Assembly: GCA_030704615.1 (NCBI GenBank)
Contig: CM060734.1
Coordinates: 35,526,001 to 35,590,000, forward strand
Reading direction: 5' to 3'
From: Takakia lepidozioides
Taxonomy: Eukaryota; Plantae; Bryophyta
Length of the DNA stretch: 64,000 nt
Both the position numbers and the translations under genes were made by a program. Every line of letters begins with the position of its first letter. Position 1 is the stretch's first letter. A model generated the notes under the pieces. It worked only from the letters and a program-made list of their open reading frames with translations, was not told the origin of the DNA and ran no database searches. This document shows, piece by piece, positions 26,201 to 35,890 of this stretch.

Positions 26201-26659
26201 CATATTTCTTTCTCTTTGGCCGAGAGCCGGATTTGCCTGCATCTATTTGCAGGGAGGCTGCAGTAGTCATCAACCTTGATGATCCGGATGTGTGTATGTG
26301 CCCAGCGGACAGAGTTGTTCAAGAGAGTCATGCCTATGGCTTTTGAGAACCTTGTTATTGCCCAACACCGAGACACATTGAGGTATGCCACTATACATGG
26401 AGGGGGATATCGGCCATGTGTTCGACATTTCCACCCTGGGGACTATATGTATGTACAGCAGACAACGCCTACAACCTTGGATGTCACAGCAGGACGTGTG
26501 ATTTTAAGGGTAATGGAGGTGTTGCCTTCAGGAGTGTTGATTCTGGAGGGTCGAGATGACATGGTATGGAAGGACCATGTGCGCAATTGTGTGCCATGTC
26601 ACCTTCCACATGTGGATGAGAGGATAGACCCAACCTTCCTGTGGTACCTGCAGGGTTGC

Positions 26660-29600
26660 TGTCGCGGCCCTTTGCCTTGAGGGCAGGGGGTCGGGACACA
26701 TGAGGGGCTGCCCCTGTGGTGGGGGCAACGGCAGCGATAGGTATGGGGGGCTGAAGCACCCTTGAGTGCCCAAGGCACTCAAGGAGGCGGAGGCACTCAC
26801 TAGGTGGAGCCCCGCACACCGGGTTGCGGTGGGGGTGGCTCCACAAGGGGTGGTGGTAGCTTAGCGGGACTTAGTGGGGGTGGCATAGGACTCACCATGG
26901 GGTGGAGACCTCGAGGTGGGAGTCGTGGGGAGTCTTGGGACTCATCACGGTCCATTGGGGCCGCGGTGAGTGGGCCAAGACTCACCGCGACTCACCACCG
27001 GGAATCGAGGGTCTCCATGGTGGTTCGCCATAAAATGGCATGGCTGGTTGTGAAACCCCCGCGGACAGCTACAGAAGTATATATAGGGAGTAGTAACCCC
27101 GAGAACGGTGCAAGCCCGTTGGTGACCAAAAACTAGTGAGTAAGCGAGCGAGCCGGAAAGCGACCAAAGAGTGGGGAGCTGTTCCGGACTGCCAACTACC
27201 AAAGGGAATTCCCGCTGGTTCCAAAGCGGTGGAGGGTTCTTTGGGAGAACAAAGGGGGACCGTTATGCCCCGGTGAGCAGCCGAAGCTCCAAGTTGGCCC
27301 GGTGGCCAGGTTGGGAGTTAGGCGAGCGCTTCAAAGCGAGTAACTATGACTTGAAGGGGAGCTTACCGAAGTGAGGTGCGCGACACTTGGTATCAGAGCT
27401 TAGAGTTCAGTACGCGATCGTCCTTGGGATTGGCCTCATCATGGGGTCGGGCAAGCCAAAGCGAAAGCGGAACGGCCCAAAAGATGATGATCCTGGTGAG
27501 CCCGATGGGGGCGACGTGTCACCGAGGCGGCCGTTTGAGGAAGCGATGAATGTTTCCGAAAATGAGGCCGCTCAGGAGCGGGAGGAATCCGAGGAGTCGG
27601 AGCCCGAGGAATCCTTGAGAGCTCCGACAAACCAAGAGATGCCTCCCATGCCGGCAGCCTTTTGGGAAGGGTTGTTGGCGCAGTTTGGCGGGACGTTGAA
27701 AGACGTGTTGAAGGCGGCTAATGCCACTTCCACTAAGACAAAGTTTAAGGTGAATCCTAAGGAACCCGGCACCTTCGAGGGCATTCGAAACCGGAAGGCA
27801 CTCAACACCTGGCTCCTGGAACTAGAGCAGTACTTCCGGGTGGCCAAGTTGAGTGACGAGGATCGGGTGGAAGTGGCTCCCACCTATTTGAGGGGCTATG
27901 CTCAACAATGGTGGCAGAAACGCCTTCACGACCGAGGCCCAAGCCCGGAAACCTTGAACTGGAGTGGGTTCAAGGAATTGATAAAGAGAGAGTTTGTGCC
28001 CCTCAACGCATCCTGGCTTGCCCGGGACAAGATGAGGAATTTGAAGCAAACAGATGACATTCGGGGGTATGTCCAGGCTTTCAATGTGCTGTTGCTCGAA
28101 GTCGCGGACATGGCAGAACCAGAAATGGTCTTCAACTTTGTGGCGGGACTGGCCCCATGGGCCAGGTGGAAGTTGAAGGAGAAGCCACCCAAGACTTTGA
28201 ACGAGGCAATTGAGAGGGCTGAATGTTTCTCGGATGTCCCTAGGGGTGAGAGACAAGGTCGTACGGAGCTGAACCACAAGAAGACCCGGCGGGAAGGTGA
28301 CTTTTTCCGACCGGAAAAGAAGTGGGATAGGCCACGCGGCGACAATGGCACGTGGAAATCAAAGGGAGGGCCTTCACACGTCAAGGCGGCACCCGGTGCT
28401 TCGAAAGGAAAAGCGGGTGGAGCGGCTTATGGCGGACAGAAGGCAACCTTTGATGGAGTGTGTTTCAATTGCGGGGAGCCCGGGCACATGGCCAAGAAGT
28501 GCACAAAACCTCGACAATTGAACATGACTCGGGCAACCACGGAGCTGTTGGAAGATACAATCAGTCGCTTGGTGGAAGCGGTGGTCGCCAGGACTTGCAA
28601 GGTAGGCAACTATTCTTGTGAGTTGTATCAGGAAACTGGCGCCCTGCGTAAAGGGAGTCAGTTATTGTTCGTGGATGGGATAATATCCGGAACTAACGTG
28701 TCGTTGTTGGTGGACACATGAGCGTCGCACTCCTTCATGACGCCGGCGGTGGCGCGAAAGTTGGGACTCCCGACAAGTGACGTGGGGGCCTCTATTGAGG
28801 TGCGCTTTGCCAAAGGAGAACCTCGTTGGCGACAAGGTTGGCGTTTGATGTTCCTCTTCAACTGGGGAGTTGGGAGGGACGTGAGAACTTCACTATCTGC
28901 AAGATCGATGGAGTGGATCTCATTTTAGGGATGACCTTTTTGAGCAAATCCGGAGTGGTCATAGATGGCCGCAAGAGAGTAGTCTCGCTGCCATGTGGGA
29001 ATGGTGGCGAGGTTTTACGAGTGTCGGAAACGCCCAAATCCGTGGGAGGGCGAATAAACCTTCTGTCAGCAAAGGAGTGGGCCGTGGAGGAGGCACACGA
29101 GTCCCAGTTTTTGCTTTACATTAGAGAAGTGAAAGGAGAAGGCGATGGGAGCCGAGCCCAGATTGGATCAAGGGGATTTTGGAGAAATACCAGGATGTGA
29201 TGCCGGAGGATTTACCAAGCGGCTTGCCACCGCGAAGAGGAGTTGACCACAAGATTGAGGTGATACCGGGATCGGAACCACCTGCCAAGGCGCCCTACCA
29301 GTTGAGCCACAGAGAGTTGGTCGAGCTGAAGACTCAGCTCAAGGATCTAATGTCAAAGGGGTACATCCGGCCGAGTAAGTCACCTTACTGAGCCCCGGTG
29401 CTATTCGCAGACAAGAAGGATGGGACGCTGCGGATGTGTGTCGATTACAGGGCTTTGAATAAGGTGAGTATTAAAAACCGGTACCCTTTGCCAAGGATCG
29501 ACGACCTTTTCGACCGGTTGGCAGGAGCGAAGTATTTCAGCCGGATCGACTTGGGCTCCGGCTATCATCAAATTCGGGTGGCGGAAGGAGACGAGGAGAA

Positions 29601-32600
29601 GACCGCGTGCATGACAAGGTATGGTTCATATGAGTTCTTGGTGATGCCTTTTGGGCTCACTAATGCACCGGCGACCTTTAGCACGCTGATGAACAGCCTT
29701 TTTCAGGAGTGGTTGGATGACTTTGTGATCGTGTACATCGACGACATCTTGGTGTACTCGAAAACAAAGGAGGAACACCTGGAGCACCTCAAAAGGGTGT
29801 TCCAAAAGTTGCAGGAAGGGAAGCTGTACGCCAAAGCTTCAAATGCGAATTCGGGGTCACGAAAGTGGAGTTCTTGGGGCATGTGATTACACAGGATGGG
29901 ATTAAAATGGATGACAGAAAGGTGAAGGCGATCTTGGACTGGGAGCCTCCGACTTCGGTCTCGGGAGTGCGATCCTTCCTAGGACTCGCCTCCTATTACC
30001 GGAAGTATGTGAGAAATTTCGCCAAGATCGCGGGGCCGCTGTCGGACCTTCTGTGTAAATCCAAAGTCTGGGTATGGAACACATTTTGTGGCCAAGCTTT
30101 TGCTGAATTGAAGCAGCGGATGGCAGAAGCTCCAGTCTTGAAAATCCCGGAGTTCGATCGTCCATTTGAGATTCATACAGATGCGTCGGACTTCGCGATT
30201 GGGGATGTACTTATGCAAGATGAACGTCCAGTGGCTTACAAAAGTAAGAAACTGAATGAAGTGGAGCGACGGTGGCCGACGCACGAAAAAGAGATGAAGG
30301 CGGTGGTGCACTGTCTTGAGCTTTGGCGCCACTATGTTGGTTCCAACCCAGTGAAGGTGTTCACGGACAATGTCACGGTGAAGTATTTTGCCACGCAGCC
30401 CAAGTTGTCCCCAAAACAACTTAGGTGGCAAGATACTTTGGCGGTGTTCGACGTGGATATCCAGTACAAACCGGGACGAGACAACGTGGTGGCCGATGCT
30501 TTAAGTAGAAAGCAGCAGCTCTTGTTGGTGTACAAGGGCGAGACGGCGCTCCAAAGGAAGATCCGGAAGGCTTACCGGAAGGATGAGCTGGCGAAGTCCG
30601 TGATGCAGGACTTGAGGATGGGGGTTAAATCGCAGTTCCACTTGCAAAATGGACTGCTCCGGTATAAGCAAAAACGTCTCTACGTGCCAAAGGGAGGGAT
30701 CAGAGATAGCCTCTTGAGAGAATGCCATGATAGCCCGCTTGCGGGCCACGGCGGAGCCAAGCGCACTGCGGCACTCTTGAAGAAAGAGTATTTCTGGCCC
30801 AAACTGAGGGAGGAGGCAGAGGAGTATGTCAAGACATGCACCACATGCCAACAAAACCGGAGCGAGTACAAAAAGCAAGCGGGGCTGTTACAAACCCTTG
30901 CCGATTCCAGAGGGGACTTGGGAAAGCGTCTCGATGGATTTCATGACTGCTATGCCGCTGTCAAAAGGATTCGATGCAATCATGGTGGTGGTGGATAGGT
31001 TCAGTAAAATGGGCCATTTCATCCCCACCAAGGAGACGGCAACGGCGCAGGAGACAGGGCGACTTTACTTCGCCCACGTCTTAAAGCATCATGGAGTCCC
31101 GAAGGATATTGTCTCGGACCGCGATCCAAAGTTTACGAGTAAATTTTGGAGGACACTTTGGAAGAAATGGGAGACGAGGCTGAAGATGAGCACCGCCTTC
31201 CGACCTACGACGGACGGCCAAACGGAAAGAGTGAATTCCGTAGTGAAGCAATTCTTGCGGAATTACGTGTCGGCAGACCAATCAGACTGGATGGAACACT
31301 TAGACGCGGCAAAAATCTGTTATAATAACACAGAACACTCCGCAACGGGAGTTTCCCCTTTCGTATTGGTCTATGGAAAAGCACCTCTGGTGCCGACAAG
31401 TTGGGCCGCCCAGGACGTTGAGGAACCGGCAGTAGCGGCGGTACTGGAAGAACGCGAGCGTTTGTTGAAGCTCGCAAAGTACAACATTGCCAAAGCTAGG
31501 AAACGGTATGAAAGGCAGGCGAATCGGAAGCGGAGGGAAGTGAAGTTTGAGGCAGGCACAGAGGTCTGGTTGAACATCAAGAATTTCCGACTACCTCCGG
31601 AAGTGAGTCCGAAGTTCGTACCTCCGTATGCGGGACCCTTTCGCATTCGGAAGGTTATGAATGAGGATGTGTATGAATTGGAGCTGCCGGCAAATAGCAA
31701 GGTGCACCCAGTATTCCATGTCTCCCTTTTGAAGCCTTACTTCAAAGATGAAGCGCGTCCGAATCGACATCAAGTGTTGCGTCCGCCACCTATGCTGTTG
31801 GATCATGAAAATGAACCTGAGTACGAGGTGGAGGCAATACTTAAGTCGAGGAGGTTCAAGAACCGAGAAACGGAGTATCTCGTCAAATGGAAGGGCTATC
31901 ATCATGTGGAGGCATCTTGGGTATGTGCCTCAGAAATGGGAAACGCATCCGAGGCGGTTGCAGCTTTCGAAGGGCGACCTCAAAAGCGGAAGAAACGTTG
32001 ATGGGGACATCAACCTTGGAGCGTGGGGGAGGAAATGCATGCTTAGCCCGGCGTAGCTAGCTTAGGAATCCGATTGCAAAAACTTGTATTGTACAAAATT
32101 TGTTATAAAGGAAATGGATTCCAAATGTTGTGCGTCCTATTTTTGTTTGGAATGGTGATGCATGGTATGGTTGGCTAGTGTGTAGAATGCATGCTAGCTT
32201 ATAAAAGTGGGAGAGGTAAATTGGGTTAATCGTGTGTTTGCGTAGTGCCGAAAATCGGGTGACCCCATCCAAGGGGCAAAAAACTTGCGCCTTCTTTGGG
32301 AGTTCACGTGCTAGTGCGCACCTGGCGCGTGCGCGTACTATAACCTGCGCTACCGAGGGGTTGCCTTGTAGTGCGGGCTAACGCGGAAGCTACGTGCTTC
32401 CGTTCACGTACTATAATCGTGTAGCCTCGGGACGAAGTCGTAGTGCGGCTTCGGCGTGTTCCCGTACCTCAGGCCAGCATTCCAAGGCGGACCCAATTGT
32501 AGTGATTGGGGCGCACGGTTGGTTCAAGGTTATCTTCCTAGTCAAAGAGGGTTCTAGGTGAACCCTTGCTCAAGGTGATGCCAAAAACGGCATCATGAGC

Positions 32601-33619
32601 GGTCGCAAGCAATGTTGTTGCAGTAAGGCGATTCGATCCTCGGGGAGGATCGTTCCTTGGCCTTGAAGTAGGCCAAGAAGAGTGCACTGGGAGGAGCTTG
32701 AGAGGCTCCACCCTTGGCCGGGACTTGGAGGAAGTCGGCCGAACTAGCTAGTGGAGAGTAGAGTCAAGTGTGGGGTTTGGTTCTTTGCCATGGGACGCCA
32801 TGGTACGGAAACAAACTCCTTGATGTGGGACGCCACAACTTGGATGTTCGTTTCTACAAAATGACAAGTCGATGAGGACATCGACTCCCTGTTGGTAGGG
32901 GTGTGTGTCGCGGCCCTTTGCCTTGAGGGCAGGGGGTCGGGACACATGAGGGGCTGCCCCTGTGGTGGGGGCAACGGCAGCGATAGGTATGGGGGCTGAA
33001 GCACCCTTGAGTGCCCAAGGCACTCAAGGAGGCGGAGGCACTCACTAGGTGGAGCCCCGCACACCGGGTTGCGGTGGGGTGGCTCCACAAGGGGTGGTGG
33101 TAGCTTAGCGGGACTTAGTGGGGGTGGCATAGGACTCACCATGGGGCGGAGACCTCGTGGTGGGAGTCGTGGGGAGTCTTGGGACTCATCACGGTCCATT
33201 GGGCCGGGTGAGTGGGCCAAGACTCACCGCGACTCACCACCGGGAATCGAGGGTCTCCGTGGTGGTTCGCCATAAAATGGCATGGCTGGTTGTGAAACCC
33301 CCGCGGACAGCTACAGAAGTATATATAGGGAGTAGTAACCCCGAGAACGGTGCAAGCCCGTTGGTGACCAAAAACTAGTGAGTAAGCGAGCGAGCCGGAA
33401 AGCGACCAAAGAGTGGGGAGCTGTTCCGGACTGCCAACTACCAAAGGGAATTCCCGCTGGTTCCAAAGGGTGGAGGGTTCTTTGAGAACAAAGGGGGACC
33501 GTTATGCCCCGGTGAGCAGCCGAAGCTCCAAGTTGGCCCGGCGGCCAGGTTGGGAGTCAGGCGCGCGCATCAAAGCGAGTAACTATGACTTGAAGGGGAC
33601 CGAAGTGAGGTGCGTGACA
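26660..33619 (+). mobile_element. Full-length Ty3/Gypsy chromovirus (Galadriel-like). LTRs 26660-27385 and 32906-33619
   Basis: TG...CA LTRs about 98% identical, TSD GTTGC (26655-26659, 33620-33624), tRNA-iMet PBS TGGTATCAGAGC (27388-27399), purine tract before the 3' LTR, and domain order Gag(CCHC)-PR-RT(YIDD)-RH-INT(GPF)-chromodomain. Confidence 0.97.
27441..32001 (+). pseudogene. Disrupted gag-pol polyprotein of the chromovirus
   Basis: Zinc knuckle CFNCGEPGHMAKKC, protease LVDT*ASH (TGA at 28719-28721 replaces the Gly of DTG), [24 protein letters not shown], chromodomain EYEVEAIL...YLVKWKGY...SW. Several frameshifts. Confidence 0.93.
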
Positions 33620-34239
33620 GTTGCGTTGCATGCTATGTGGGCATGCTCGTGGTGCCGCCACTATGCTGGTGTGGATCAATGCTCAGAGTTGGCATATGGG
33701 ATTTTGACACCACCTTTGAGAGTTTCCGGATGGAAATTGGTTATATCCACACTGCTTGTGATAGTGGTAGTGGATATGACTAGTAGCAGCTGACAAGACA
33801 TAGGAGGCCAATCTCATAGGAGTCAATATCCGAGATCTCAGGCTCAGTTTCACAGGTTGCAAGACGGCGACTAACGATGGGACAGCTCTTGCACCCGGCC
33901 TCTTGATTTATCGAGTTTGAGTGTAGTAGGGATAGTGGTGGAGGACTTAGTGAGACATGACCACTATCACATCTTGTGGCTACCTGGACTTAGAGGGACC
34001 TAAGCGCCAGCTAGGGGGCGATTGTGATGGACTAGCGGCAGTCTAGTGGTGGACTAATAGCTGCACTAGTGGTGGCTAGTGGCAGCCTAATGGTGCACTA
34101 GTGATGGACTAGTGATATATTAGTGTTTGGTGTACACATGTGTTGTGTGGTTGTGGACAACGATGTAGTTGTGTAGGGATATGTATGCGCACGACAATAG
34201 GAATGGCAAATCCCAGGCCTACCTCTCTTTTGATCCTCT

Positions 34240-35890
34240 AGGTGCAAAAAATGACAACATCTAGTCTCTTTGTCTCTTCTCTAAGCTACAGAACCTACTC
34301 ATTTTCGGCAAATCTCCTTTGGTTACTGGTCACGGGCCAGTGTTCCTTTTTTCATCCTTCATGGATTGTACTCCGAGGTTATTTTTTTCTCGTATTTTTA
34401 ATATATTCCTAGCCCTTCTATCGGCCTTTAGGTTTATGTTTGATCCCAAGATAACCACAATCGCTGATTCTCAAGACTGTTATGAGATAAGGGTATGTTG
34501 CCTTCTCACGGGTAAACCCAACCCTCCCTCTCCGCCCAATCTTTTCCATTACATTGGCTCCTTTTGTTGGTTCCTATCTGCACCCTTGAAGCTACTTCAA
34601 TTCAACCAAGGGGAATGGATGTGGAGGAACAAAACCCATGAGTCTTTTTTTAATGGTGAAATTGCGCTATTCGCTGTTATTACCAAAGAGACGTTTTGAT
34701 CGCAAGTGGAGCTGCAAATGGACTCATTTGCCCGGCCCTCTAATTGCATGGAAAATGGTCTGGAAAGATATATGAAAGAAGCATAGGGCTTCCAAAGTGA
34801 CAGCATTTTTATGGAAGATTGCTAATCGAATTCTGCCAGTGGCTTTGGTTTTCTCTGACTCCTCTGATGCCTGTGCTTCCTGCAATCTTTAATCACCTGA
34901 AAGTGTCGAACACTGCCTGGTGGACTGCCCCTTTGCTCAGGCTGTTTGGAGGAAAGCTTTTACCTTGAACTCCCTTTGGAACCCCAATCTTACTTACTCT
35001 TCTTCTACTCTTTTGCTTGATGTTAAAGAGGGAAACACCTTCTGAACCTGTCCTGTGTGGGAATCGTTAAGAGGGATCATTTTGTGGAACATATGGAAGA
35101 TGAGATGTGCTGTTGTTTTCCAAAATGTAAGGCCATGTTTGCAGAGATTGTTGTATTGGGCTCATTCAGACCTGGTATCTGAGGCCGAAAGGTGTGGTCT
35201 GTCATTGTCACAGCTTTTTCCAAGTGTGGTGAAACAAAGAGGAACCAGCTGCTTGCCTCATTTGACAGCACCCGGGGGAAACATGGTATCTTCGGCAGAA
35301 GAATTTCAGACTCTCGGGTGGTATGGACAGACAACTTCCCTACCTGCTGGCAAAAATATTAGCTCCAACTTTCCCCTCTGGATGCAGATGACTCAGAGAT
35401 CAATTGGAGGCATAAACGCAGCTCTAGGATAAGCAAATCGAAGACTCAACTATCCTTTGATGCTCCGAAGCGTAAAAGGGGTAATACTATGTAGTTTTTT
35501 GCTAGCTAGGTGCTGGTGCTGTAGGTTCCCTATCCCTTCTCTTTAGCTCTCCCCTTGTTGGCAGATCCTTCTTGATACATGATCTGCCTACAGTGGCTTG
35601 GCTCTTCCTTTTAGTTTAGTTTTTATGAGCAGTCCTTGCCCTGTGACTCCTCTCGTTTGCTGTTCCTTCTACAGCATCCATCCAGTGCCTGCTGGCAGTT
35701 GCTTGACTCTTCCTATTGTTTAGATTTAGAGGGCAATCCTTGCCCTGTCTCTTCTCTCTCCCCCATGGTGTTTTGGTCTCAGAGTGGAACCTCCTTACTC
35801 TGCCTTATGGCTCTCTCTAAGGTTATTTTTTAAAATTCAATAAAGTTTTACAGGGCTACAATTGTTCTCTTAAAATTTAAAAAAATAAAA
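34240..35890 (+). mobile_element. 5'-truncated L1/Tx1-type LINE (end of ORF2 with zf-RVT, 3' UTR)
   Basis: WKMVWKDI..KVTAFLWKIANRILPV...CASCN..PESVEHCLVDCPFAQAVW and ILWNIWKMRCAVVF; A-rich end near 35880. Boundaries are approximate. Confidence 0.75.

Larger units (their letters stand above)
24672..34196 (+). mobile_element. Degenerate non-chromovirus Ty3/Gypsy element with a C-terminal PHD finger (Selgy-like), split by the chromovirus. Pieces 24672-26659 and 33620-~34196
   Basis: RNase H [37 protein letters not shown] and integrase remnants. Across the insertion it reads VPAGLR|CMLCGHARGAATMLVC-DQCS..WHMG.LTPPL..FPDGNWLYPHC. A purine tract AGGGGGCG precedes a probable 3' LTR starting TGTGA at 34023; the right end is uncertain. 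Confidence 0.8.
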
